Of a stretch of 64,000 nucleotides of DNA, positions 28,691 to 40,650 are shown piece by piece. Source of the stretch: Macrostomum lignano (lineage: Eukaryota). Below the pieces are notes generated by a model. That model made no database searches, was not told the origin of the DNA, and was given only the letters and a program-made list of their open reading frames with translations. The first letter of the stretch is position 1. The number at the start of each line of letters is the position of its first letter. The translations under genes and the position numbers were made by a program. The stretch is from contig NIVC01002333.1 of NCBI GenBank assembly GCA_002269645.1, forward strand, positions 21,065-85,064, written 5' to 3'.

Positions 28691-28994
28691 ACAGGTTGAA
28701 CAAGTTTCTAGTTAAGTAAATGAGTTAAGTGGAACACCTATGCACTTCTGCAAGCGGTGTTAATGTTTTAGGATTTATTATAAGACGTTGACAAGACGCC
28801 CAATTTTGGGCTGTAGCTTGTGTATAACAAAAAGAACAGGGATATGATTGCTTGAAGTTAAAGCGACATCCAAGGTGCGCCTGCTTGAAATTTTGAGTTG
28901 GGATCGTGCAATTAATTGTGCATCTGGTTTGACTATCAGTGTACATGCAGAACTGCGGCTGCAAAATTCAATGACTCATTTGACTATTTTACTG

Positions 28995-31213
28995 TCAGGT
29001 GTCACTGCTTGTAAGATGTCATTTCTGGTCAGGTGTCAGTTCTGGTCAGATGTCATTTCTAGTCAGGTGTCAGTTCTAGTCAGGTGTCAGTTCTGGTCAG
29101 GTGTCAGTTCTGGTCAGATGTCAGTTCTAGTCAGGTGTCAGTTCTGGTCAGATGTCATTTCTGGTCAGGTGTCAGTTCTGGTCAGATGTCATTTCTGGTC
29201 AGGTGTCAGTTCTGGTCAGATGTCATTTCTGGTCAAGTGTCAGTTCTGGTCAGATGTCAGTTCTAGTCAGGTGTCAGTTCTGGTCAGATGTCATTTCTGG
29301 TCAGGTGTCAGTTCTGGTCAGATAATGTCAGTTCTGGTCAGGTGTCAGTTCTGGTCAGGCGTCAGTTCTGGTCAGATGTCATTTCTGGTCAGGTGTCAGT
29401 TCTGGTCAGATGTCAGTTCTGGTCAGGTGTCAGTTCTGGTCAGGTGTCAGTTCTGGTCAGGTGTCAATTCTGGTCAGATGTCAGTTCTAGTCAGGTCTCA
29501 GTTCTGGTCAGGTGTCAACTCTGGTCAGATGTCAGTTCTGGTCAGATGTCAGTTCTGGTCAGATGTCAGTTCTGGTCAGGCGTCAGTTCTGGTCAGATGT
29601 CAGTTCTGGTCAGATGTCATTTCTAGTCAGGTGTCAGTTCTGGTCAGGTGTCAATTCTGGTCAGGTGTCAATTCTGGTCAGGTGTCAGTTCTGGTAAGAT
29701 GTCAGTTCTAGTCAGGTGTCAGTTCTGGTCAGATGTCAGTTCTGGTCAGGTGTCAGTTCTGGTCAGGTGTCAGTTCTGGTCAGATGTCATTTCTGGTCAG
29801 GTGTCAGTTCTGGTCAGATAATGTCAGTTCTAGTCAGGTGTCATTTCTGGTCAGATGTCATTTCTAGTCAGGTGTCAGTTCTGGTCAGGTGTCAGTTCTG
29901 GTCAGGAGTCAGTTCTGGTCAGGTGTCAGTTCTGGTCAGGTGTCAGTTCTGGTCAGATGTCAGTTCTGGTCAGATGTCAGTTCTGGTCAGATGTCATTTC
30001 TGGTCAGGTGTCAGTTCTGGTCAGATGTCATTTCTGGTCAGGTGTCATTTCTGGTCAGGTGTCAGTTCTGGTCAGGTATCAGTTCTAGTCAGGTGTCAGT
30101 TCTGGTCAGGAGTCAGTTCTAGTCAGGTGTCAGTTCTGGTCAGGTGTCAGTTCTGGTCAGATGTCAGTTCTGGTCAGATGTCAGTTCTGGTCAGATGTCA
30201 TTTCTGGTCAGGTGTCATTTCTGGTCAGGTGTCAGTTCTGGTCAGGTGTCATTTCTGGTCAGGTGTCAGTTCTGGTCAGATGTCAGTTCTGGTCAGGTGT
30301 CAACTCTGGTCAGATGTCAGTTCTGGTCAGATGTCATTTCTGGTCAGTTGTCATTTCTGGTCAGGTGTCAGTTCTGGTCAGATGTCAGTTCTAGTCAGGT
30401 GTCATTTCTGGTCAGGTGTCAGTTCTGGTCAGGTGTCATTTCTGGTCATGTGTCAGTTCTGGTCAGATGTAAGTTCTAGTCAGGTGTCAGTTCTGGTCAT
30501 GTGTCAGTTCTGGTCAGATGTCAGTTCTAGTCAGGTCTCAGTTCTGGTCAGGTGTCAGTTCTGGTCAGATGTCATTTCTGGTCAGGTGTTATTTCTGGTC
30601 AGCTGTCAGTTCTGGTCAGGTGTCAGTTCTGGTCAGGTGTCAGTTCTGGTCAGATGTCAGTTCTAGTCAGGTGTCAGTTCTGGTCAGGTGTCAGTTCTGG
30701 TCAGATGTCATTTTTTGTCAGGTATCATTTCTGGTCAGGTGTCAGTTCTGGTCAGGTGTCATTTCTGGTCAGATGTCATTTTTTGTCAGGTATCATTTCT
30801 GGTCAGGTGTCAGTTCTGGTCAGGTGTCATTTCTGGTCATGTGTCAGTTCTGGTCAGATGTCATTTCTGGTCAGATGTCAGTTCTGGTCAAATGTCATTT
30901 CTTGTCAGGTATTATTTCTCGTCAGGTGTCAGTTCTGGTAAGATGTCATTTCTGGTCAGGTGTCATTTCTGGTCAGATGTCAGTTCTAGTCAGGTGTCAG
31001 TTCTGGTCAGGTGTCAGTTCTGGTCAGGTGTTATTTCTGGTCAGGTGTCATTTCTGGTCAGGTGTCAATTTTGGTCAGGTGTCAGTTCTGGTCAGGTGGC
31101 ATTTCTGGTCAGTTGTCAGTTCTGGTCAGGTGTCATTTCTGGTCAGGTGTCAGTTCTGGTCAGGTGTCAGTTCTGGTCAGTTGTTATTTCTGGTCAGTTG
31201 TCATTTCTGGTCA
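28995..31213. repeat. 17-bp TCAGTTCTGGTCAG(G/A)TG minisatellite abutting the GPCR stop codon
   Basis: About 130 copies. Confidence 0.95.
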
Positions 31214-31219
31214 GCCCAG

Positions 31220-34200
31220 TCAGACGTAGCCGTCATCGCGAAAGGAGTCGCTGCCGCAGTCGGCAGGGCGGCCGCAGCGGGATTGCATCTCGAAGTGCTG
31301 CTCCGCGCGGCTCCCAGCTCCGTCATCGGCCTTCGCCTGCCTCTCGCAGAAGATCGCAGAGGACTCTTCAGTGCTCTTCCGCTGTTGTCTGTGCATCGGT
31401 GCCGACTTCAGAGTGGTTGACTGCTTGAGCAGCTGCTGGTGGTGCTGACTGTAGGTGCTCACGGTGCCGCCGCCTCCGCTGCTGCTGCCGACAGCGCCGG
31501 GACAGCAGCAGCAAAGGGCCCGACGGTACCCCAGACGGAACCTCTGCGACATGAAATAGTACACAATCGGGTTGCTCATGGAGTTCACGAAGCCGATGAG
31601 ATGCAGCAGCACCATCAGCAAGCCGTAGTTCCTGTCGTACATGTTCTTGTACACCAGGCCGATCACGTTAGTTGAGTACCAGGGCACCCAGGACACCAGG
31701 TACAGACAGGCCACCACCACCATCATCTTGGCCACCTGTGAGTTAAAATGAACGATAGAATTAGATTTCTATAATCTCAGTGTTCAGCCTCGGGGGCTTG
31801 GAAGCACACAGCTTGAGCACTCGCTTATTCAGAAGGGAGCTGTCAATTTCTATTTCTGAGCAAGTTTGGAAATTTGAGAAATTTGAGAAACTTCTCTTAG
31901 ACGCGCTTGATGAAGCGGGATTGTAAGAGCCTGAGGGTTCAGTGTGAAGCTGCATGTGTGCATCTCGGACCATCCCATCCCCGTCGGCCGCTTCGAAAGT
32001 TTATCGGGAAATTTTATTCCGTAAGATTTTCTCCCGAATGGCCATTCTGTTTTCGCTCTGTAAGATTCGAATTTCAAAACACCGTTTTTTGCCAGAGTGG
32101 AAGCTCGGGAACCACTGAGGCAGGGCAAGCCAAAGAGTTTAAGTTGTTTTGCAGATCGATCGCGGCCTCAAAGTGTTCTTTGATCGTGGGATCTTCGAGT
32201 TGGACTGTGCTGGCCTGTGCCCGTTGCTAATTAGGAGCTTAGGATTGATTTTTTAATTGCATCGTTTCAAAGCAGTAATGGGAATAGATAGGGTTGAGAT
32301 TCACTGGGTTAAGATTCTCTCGGGTGAGATATTCTAGGGTGAGATTATCTGCGGTGAGATTATCTTAGGTGATCTACGGTGATTACGGTGATCTATGACG
32401 AGAATCTCTATTTCTAGGGATTTCTAGGGTGAGATTATCTTCGGTGAGATTCTATAGGTTGAGTTTCTATAGGGTGAGATTCTATAGGGTGAGATTCTAT
32501 AGGGTGAGATTCTATAGGGTGAGATTCTATGGGGTGAGATTCTATAGGGTAAGATTCTATAGGGTGAGATTCTATAGGGTGAGATTCTATAGGGTGAGAT
32601 TCTATGGGGTGAGATTCTATAGGGTGAGATTCCCAGGTAAGATTCTCCAAGATGAGATTCTCTATGCATTATATTCCTTAAGTATGAAATTATTTGGGTC
32701 AGATTCAACCAGATGCTGAGACTACCTTCCGCTTGCTCTCCTCTCTGTTGCTTCCGCCGCCGGCTCCTCCGCCTCCGCCGCTGCCGCCGCTGGCGCCGCC
32801 GCCCGGACAGGCTTCGAGTTGAACTGGAGCGGGTCGAACTAGAGCCAGCACGATGGCGCAGGAGGTGTAGGCCACGACCAGCAGGGGGCACAGGAACAGC
32901 AGGACGAACGAGGACAGCACGTAGACATTTCGGCCGACATTGTCCAGGCTATCCAGGCAATGCTGGTTGCGCATCTCGCCGTACTGACTCACCCCATAGA
33001 ATGGTGTCGGCTTGGCGTGCAGAGCCTGCACGAGGCAGAAGGCGCTCGGCACAGCCCAGGTAAGCAAAATGAATAGGCAGGTGCGACGATTCGATTGAAA
33101 TAGCCTGCTGCGCAGCGGGTGCACGATTGCCAGGAAACTGCAAGTTGAGGGGGTTGTGAAAAGTTCGCAGTTGTACACATATTCTATTTTGTGGAATGCG
33201 CACTCGGGTTAGGGGTGAGAGTAGGGGAGTAGGTGTTTTTTGGTGGGGGGGGGGTTGTCCGCATGCAGAGGGACAGAAAGGGTTTGGAGGGGGCTGTGCG
33301 CACGCAGAGGGGCAGAAAGGGTTTAAGGGGGCTGTGCGCACGCAGAGGGACAGAAAGGGTTTGGGGGGGCTGTGCGCACGCAGAGGGGCAGAAAGGGTTT
33401 AGGGGGGCTGTGCGCACGCAGAGGGACAGAAAGGGTTTGGGGGGCTGTACGCACGCAGAGGGACAGAAAGGGTTTGGGGGGGGGCTGTGCGCACGCAGGG
33501 GGCAGAAAGGGTTTAGGGGGGGGGGGCTGTGCGCACGCAGAAGGGCAGAAAGGGTTTAGGGGGACTGTGCGCCTGCAGAGGGGCAGAAAGAGTTGCCACT
33601 GTGTCGTCGTGCTGGTGAAAGTTCATTGAGAACTTTATACTAAATACTTTATCAAGCCTGAGATACTGAGATACCTAAAAGGTTCTAAAGACTCTCAAAG
33701 GATTAGTTAGGAAAGCGGCTTCGGAGCGGAAGCTTCTTATAGGGAAATCAATGCTTCGACGAAATTTCAGAATTAAAACTATGGCTTTAAGAATGATGCT
33801 AAGCCTGACACCCAGCAATCTCATACTTCTCATACTTGTGTTTGCGTTCACTGCTCACTTGTACCCATCTAGCCAATCGAATTTCAACTTTAGATTTAGC
33901 TGGCACTTAAATATCAAAATCGATAAAAGTAGGCTGCCTAGTGACTGGCTAGACTAGGGACTGACAAACCGCCAGGTACGAACATCAGGGTCGACAATCA
34001 TCTTCTCCGACCCATCCCAATGGTCCTTCCTTTTCACCCATCTACGGTCTGACTTGCCAACGAGATTGCTAAAAACTTTGATAAGCTACAAAATAAACCA
34101 GGCTCCCGCATAATGCCCGCATTTACACGGCAACGTAACTTACAGAGCCTCCTGGCTCCCAATAAGTTCAAGTCTCAGCCAGGAAACATTGAATCATTTT

Positions 34201-36896
34201 AACCAATGGAGGGTTCATCGGAAGTCAGAGTTTAAGGCAATGGCCTTTGACACGAGCGGCGGTAGCCGCGAGTGTCAATTAGGCCATTGCCTTAAACTCT
34301 GACTTCCGATGAGCATCATTGCTTAAAATTTCAAAACTCTTACGTAATCTACGCACTTTATGTACACTATCGTGAATTCTTATCAGTCGATGCTTCTAAG
34401 GGGGTTTGAGATAAGGTTACCTCCACCTCGCCTATGTCTCACCTTTAAGTCGCGCATCTGAAGTCACCCACCCCTTACTCTGCACCCACCCCTAAATTAA
34501 TTACAAATATAAATATTTGCGTGTCTAGAGATCAAATCTCAGATAGAGAAAAGCGGACGGCTGCAGAGATGGAGGCACCGCTCATTAATTGGAAGCATTT
34601 GCCCTGCAGTGAGCTGGGCAACGTGACTAAGGACGAATTGAATTTTGTTTCGGAGGCTTCTTACAATGACAGAAGGGACGACGAGTTCGCTAGATTTCTC
34701 GAATTCATTCAAAAGGAGCCCGAGCCCGATGAGCATCTGCCGCTCCTGCAGGAAGGCAGCGTAGATATCAGCGCCATGGACATCGCCGAGATTGACAGCC
34801 TACCAGCAGACAGCAGGAAGCAGATGATCAGCCATGGACAGCGGTTCAAGACATTCCTCACAGAGGAAAATCTTCAGCGCAATTTACAAACCATTCCGAA
34901 TTCGGTGCTCAACCAATACATTCGCTACTTCTACTTTAAACTGAAGAAGATTGACGGCGAACCCTACTCGCCCGCATCGCTGGTGTGCATCAGGGCTGGA
35001 CTGCAGCGCTATTTGCGAATGATCGAGAAGCTAACCGTTGACATCATCAATGGAGAAGACTTTTCTTCTGCAAATAGCATGCTGCGTGTGAAGGTTCGAG
35101 ACTTTCACCAGAGTGGTGGGAGGACGCAGCAGTTTGAGCCAATCGAGGAGGGGGACATGAGGAAGCTGATGATCTACTTCCAAGGCAGCACAGCTGAAGT
35201 TGAGCAGGACAAATTCTTATTCTACATCATATACAGCTTTGGCGAGCGAGGCCAGGAGCACCTCAAGTTCTTGAAGGATAGAAGCTCACTTCAATTGCAC
35301 GTCGACTCTGATGGAAAGCCGTACTACTGTCTGCCTCCGTTGCCCTCGAAAAATAAGTCAGCAGATCCAGAGAAGGCCAAGAAGCAGCCGGACAACAAGC
35401 AGGCCAGAATTTACGACGTGGAAAAGGTGGAGAAATACCTCAAGCTGCTTCCAGTTACAACGAAGGACAACAATCTGTTTCCTCGTCCTTTGGCCAGCCG
35501 CAACGATGGAGGCCCTGTTTTCTCCTCGAAGCAGAACCGTGGAGAGAATTATCTGAGTGGCTTCATGAGAAACTTGAGTACGAAGGCGGGACTTGCGAAG
35601 ACCTACACGAATCATTGCATTCGGTAAGACTGATAAATTAATAATAGTAACTTTAATTATGTTATGATACATGTTATGTTACCAGTTACTCATGAATCCA
35701 ACTATATAAATTTGCACTCTAAAACAGGGTCACGCGAATATGCGATCTCGAGGCGGCAGGGCACAGCATGAGCGATATAATGAGCATTACTGGACAGCTG
35801 AGCGAGCGAACGACTAGGAGGTACCTAGCCAAGCGTCGCGACCGGTCGCTTCAAAAGACGAGTGAGTCTGTTCAGGTGGCGTTGAATCGTCATGATCTAG
35901 AGCAAGAAGCTGGGCCACCCGAACATGCTGATGCTGTTGAGATTGTCGGTGAGACTGCAGTATCGACGGAGGTTAGTGTTAGCACTGAAGCTGCCTATTC
36001 TGTTGGTACGAAGTTTGCCTTCAACAATTGCACCTTTCACGGATGTTCCTTTAATTAGGCATGCAATCTTTACTTCTACAGGAATCAGCAAATTGTACTC
36101 GTAGAATTACTGAAAGAATAAGAACGACAGTCTAGTTTAATATTTTTTATTTAATGACTTTTAGTACTTTGCTCGACCAGTATGATGTTCATCACCGACA
36201 AAAATTTACATGATATACTGACACCAGCTGTGCTTTTTGTACTGTCGATTTTGCAATTCCTGTGCCAGTTTAATTATTTACATCTTAAAATAAACGTTTT
36301 GAATTGACTGATGCAAAATATGCTTTGCAAGATGCTGGATAAAAACTGGCTTGAATTAATTGGTTGCATTGGAATTGGAATTCTAGGCAATGGCCGGCCA
36401 TTGCCATGGGTCATTGCCATGAGGAGAAATTTTGGGCAATGCGCTATTTTTACCCTATTAAAGTACAATATTTATTCACGTGTCATTTATTTTATTTTAT
36501 TCAAACTGCTTAATTGTATGCTCAATATTGATTTTTATGCTCCTACCCCCAATACCGGCATTTCATCTAATCGTATAGTATCGTATATCGTATAGTACTT
36601 CGAAATAACAATTTTTTATAACAAATATACTGTCGTTTAAAATTAATGGTGGAAGGCCTCTGGGACAAGTTAGAGCTAGGCAAAACAGGGTTTTAAATGT
36701 ACATACCTCATATGTACAACTACTCATCAATTCTATCAGACTAAGAAAAATAATACTTTAAAGACCAACTTGAATTGCATGACACACAGATTTTTTGGCC
36801 TGACGAAGAGCCCAGAGGCTCGAAACCGGTAGCCCATATTAAATAAATTAGTCTTTTGATTTTTTTAAACACGCCGTGACCTCTCTTCTCTCTCTC

Positions 36897-36956
<60 letters not shown>

Positions 36957-39127
36957 TCTCTATTCTCAGTCACTCCCAGTCTAGTCACTCTCTCACTATT
37001 CTCAGTCACTCCCAGTCTTGTCACTCTCTCTCTATTCTCAGTCACTCCCAGTCTAGTCACTCTCTCTCTATTCTCAGTCACTCCCAGTCTTGTCACTCTC
37101 TCTCTATTCTCAGTCACTCCCAGTCTTGTCACTCTCTCTCTATTCTCAGTCACTCCCAGTCTAGTCACTCTCTCACTATTCTCAGTCACTCCCAGTCTAG
37201 TCACTCTCTCACTATTCTCAGTCACTCCCAGTCTTGTCACTCTCTCACTATTCTCAGTCACTCCCAGTCTTGTCACTCTCTCTCTATTCTCAGTCACTCC
37301 CAGTCTAGTCACTCTCTCACTATTCTCAGTCACTCCCAGTCTAGTCACTCTCTCTCTATTCTCAGTCACTCCCAGTCTAGTCACTCTCTCACTATTCTCA
37401 GTCACTCCCAGTCTAGTCACTCTCTCACTATTCTCAGTCACTCCCAGTCTTGTCACTCTCTCTCTATTCTCAGTCACTCCCAGTCTAGTCACTCTCTCAC
37501 TATTCTCAGTCACTCCCAGTCTAGTCACTCTCTCACTATTCTCAGTCACTCCCAGTCTAGTCACTCTCTCTCTATTCTCATTCACTCCCAGTCTAGTCAC
37601 TCTCTCTCTATTTTCAGTCACTCCCAGTCTAGTCACTCTCTCTCTCTATTCTCAGTCACTCCCAGTCTAGTCACTCTCTCTCTATTCTCAGTCACTCCCA
37701 GTCTTGTCACTCTCTCTCTATTTTCAGTCAGTCCCAGTCTAGTCACTCTCTCACTATTCTCAGTCACTCCCAGTCTAGTCACTCTCTCACTATTCTCAGT
37801 CACTCCCAGTCTAGTCACTCTCTCACTATTCTTAGTCACTCCCAGTCTAGTCACTCTCTCACTATTCTCAGTCACTCCCAGTCTTATCACTCTCTCTCTA
37901 TTCTCAGTCACTCCCAGTCTAGTCACTCTCTCTCTATTCTCAGTCACTCCCAGTCTAGTCACTCTCTCACTATTCTCAGTCACTCCCAGTCTTGTCACTC
38001 TCTCACTATTCTCATTCACTCCCAGTCTAGTCACTCTCTCACTATTCTCAGTCACTCCCAGTCTTGTCACTCTCTCTCTATTCTCAGTCACTCCCAGTCT
38101 AGTCACTCTCTCACTATTCTCATTCACTCCCAGTCTAGTCACTCTCTCACTATTCTCAGTCACTCCCAGTCTTGACACTCTCTCCATTCTCAGTCACTCC
38201 CAGTCTAGTCACTCTCTCACTATTCTCAGTCACTCCCAGTCTAGTCACTCTCTCTCTATTCTCAGTCACTCCCAGTCTAGTCACTCTCTCACTATTCTCA
38301 GTCACTCCCAGTCTAGTCACTCTCTCACTGTTCTCAGTCACTCCCAGTCTTGTCACTCTCTCTCTATTCTCAGTCACTCCCAGTCTAGTCACTCTCTCAC
38401 TATTCTCAGTCACTCCCAGTCTAGTCACTCTCTCACTATTCTCAGTCACTCCCAGTCTAGTCACTCTCTCTCTCTATTCTCAGTCACTCCCAGTCTAGTC
38501 ACTCTCTCACTATTCTCAGTCACTCCCAGTCTAGTCACTCTCTCTCTCTCTATTCTCAGTCACTCCCAGTCTAGTCACTCTCAGTTTTCCTTTCGTGAGG
38601 ATGGAGATGAGAGGGATCTCCATCCTCATGAGGAGGAAGTGAGATAATCCCTTACTCGGAAGAAACCCAGATCCCACTCACCGCTCAATGCAGATGGCAA
38701 CCAGGGTGAGCAGGCTCGTGAACACCAGCAGCATCAGGAAGAAGCTGATGAGCGGACAGCCGACTCTGTTGAACACGGCCGCGGCCATCCAGCACGGCCC
38801 CATCAGCTGCAGACCTTTGAACGGTACAACCACAACCGAGGCCAGCAGATCCGTGACAGCCAGATTCAAGATGTACCAGTTCGTAGGCGTGTGCATCGCT
38901 TTATTCAGCCAGACTGTGATGATCACCAGCAGATTTCCTGCGAACATCATCAGCCCGACGCCTGTCCACGCCAGCGCGAGAGCGGCTCTGAGAGGCTTGT
39001 AGTGCAGCACATCCGTGTAGTTCGACGGTGCCACCGACAGGCAGTTGACCTGCTGCTGGTCCATGCTTTCTTCTTTGTCTGGCTCTCGGTCTTCTGGCTG
39101 CAGCGCAGTCGGGTACCCCTTTCCCAT
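31220..39127 (-). CDS. Class A (rhodopsin-like) GPCR, neuropeptide-receptor type, 457 aa; ligand unknown
   Basis: Exons 39127-38682, 33137-32726, 31735-31220; total 1374 nt, in frame. TM1 GNLLV, TM2 TNWYILNLAVTDLL, TM3 end ER|F-LAIVHPL across the splice, TM4 W, ECL2 Cys, TM6 KVAKMMVVV..SWVPWY, TM7 NSMSNPIVYYFMSQRFR, Cys run in tail. Start taken as the first in-frame ATG after an in-frame TAA. Confidence 0.88.
32290..32655. repeat. 15-bp GGGTGAGATTCTATA minisatellite, GPCR intron 2
   Basis: Seen directly; same GGTGAGATT core as 9255-9750. Confidence 0.9.
33240..33590. repeat. ~38-bp GGGGGCTGTGCGCACGCAGAGGGACAGAAAGGGTTT minisatellite near the GPCR exon 2 acceptor
   Basis: About 9 copies. Confidence 0.9.
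33640..34202 (+). mobile_element. Decayed Penelope-like retroelement fragment (RT C-terminal/linker region)
   Basis: One reading frame with internal stops gives FIKPEILRYLK (33648) and RPIPMVLPFHPSTV*LANEIAKNFDKLQNKPGSRIMPAFTRQRNLQSLLAPNKFK (34008-34170), resembling the PLE motifs FIKGExLR, IPLVLPYHP and PxxAYRRxxNLxxxL. Homology is from memory, not a search. Confidence 0.5.
34196..36649 (+). mobile_element. Putative Crypton-like DNA transposon inside GPCR intron 1, antisense to the host; ends approximate
   Basis: Intact recombinase gene, long hairpin at the left end (34196-34329), related palindrome at 36386-36405, and AATGG at both candidate ends (34205-34209, 36645-36649). Boundaries are inferred. 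Confidence 0.6.
34569..36058 (+). CDS. Crypton/DUF3504-type tyrosine recombinase, 461 aa, two exons
   Basis: Exons 34569-35623 and 35728-36058 (donor CG|GTAAGA, acceptor AAACAG|G); total 1386 nt, in frame. Core-binding motif LNQYIRYFYFKLKKIDGEPYSPASLVCIRAGLQRYL, catalytic R (SFGERGQEH), K (SKNK), HxxR (NHCIR, split by the intron), TGQ at the usual TGH, Y (RRYL), and a typical FNNCTF..CSFN tail. Confidence 0.88.
36797..36834 (+). ncRNA. Minimal type I hammerhead ribozyme (Penelope-type)
   Basis: GGC-CTGACGA-A-GAGCC cagA GGCTC-GAAAC-CG-GTA-GCC: complete core, 5-bp stem II, palindromic stem III (ACCGGT), 3-bp stem I (GGC/GCC); AATAAA follows at 36842. Confidence 0.85.
36900..38580. repeat. (CT)n followed by a 36-bp CTCAGTCACTCCCAGTCTAGTCACTCTCTCACTATT minisatellite, GPCR intron 1
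   Basis: About 45 copies. Confidence 0.95.
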
Positions 39128-39539
39128 ACCTGGGGCTTGCAATTATCGCCTATGAGAACCAATGAGGATCTTCTCCGAATGGATTGGCTGCCCCTGTCTC
39201 CCAATCTGTCTTTTCCTACCCTTTTTTAGAAAATTTTAACAGTTAAAAATTTATCAAACCTTGTTGCCATGACAACTGCCAGCATCAAGCTGTCTTTTAC
39301 AAGGGGGTCGATTAAATCAGCATCTTGTGACCACAGCTGACCTCTCCATGCTTCTTGATGCTCTCTCGGCTCTTGCCTACTTGCCAGCTCCGCTCTCTCT
39401 GAGCTCATTTGGGCTCCAGCGCTTTAGACAAGTGCTGGCCTGAGGCTGCAAACTCAATCAAGTAGAAAATTGAGAATAATGGGATATCAGTAACTATCGA
39501 TATATAAAACATTAGAGAATAAGACCCTTGATATAATAT

Positions 39540-40037
<498 letters not shown>

Positions 40038-40429
40038 CTCCCAGGATTCCTAGATTTCCAGATAGGTCACAGCTCACTTAATTATCTTGGCTTTCTACCT
40101 AGGCCTTTCCACTTGACTGTTTCCCTTGAGCAAATACAAAAAATTATTATTTCTTTTATACAGCTCAAAAGAAAAACTGGGCTGCTTCTCTTGAACACAA
40201 AACCATGATTTATTTCCCAGGATAGGCTGGAGACATTTCCCCGGCAGCGGGAGCGGAAGGCTCGACCCGATCGCCTCAGTTTCGATCAGGCGCCCTCGGG
40301 GGGCTCCCGCGAAAGCCAACTGGTTTATGAGCCCTGATCGGCTCAGATATTCGAAACTGAATGAGCTGCTCCCGCCGTGTGGAGCCCGATTCAGTGCTTG
40401 ATAATGCCTGCGGCTTGCCGCTATCGGTG

Positions 40430-40551
40430 TCTGCCTGTCCGTCTGTCTGTCTGTCTGCCTGTCCGTCTGTCTGTCTGTCTGCCTGTCCGTCTGTCTGCCT
40501 GTCTGTCTGCCTGTCTGTCTGTCTGCCTGTCTGTCTGCCTGTCTGTCTGCC

Positions 40552-40635
<84 letters not shown>

Positions 40636-40650
40636 ACTCTATCTGTCTGT
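40430..40650. repeat. (GTCT/GCCT)n microsatellite
   Basis: Seen directly. Confidence 0.9.

Noticed and set aside
27205-31213. CRISPR-like regular repeats
   Set aside because: Contiguous units with no unique spacers, no cas genes, eukaryotic context.
33700-33945. Cluster of in-frame stops in the Penelope-like fragment as evidence of RIP-like hypermutation
   Set aside because: The spacing between the two recognisable motifs is longer than I expect, so this stretch may not be homologous coding sequence; needs a family consensus.
39127-39170. Acceptor-like TTCTCATAG 22 nt upstream of the GPCR ATG as a trans-splice site
   Set aside because: Equally explained by a cis-spliced 5' UTR exon or by chance; needs spliced-leader reads.
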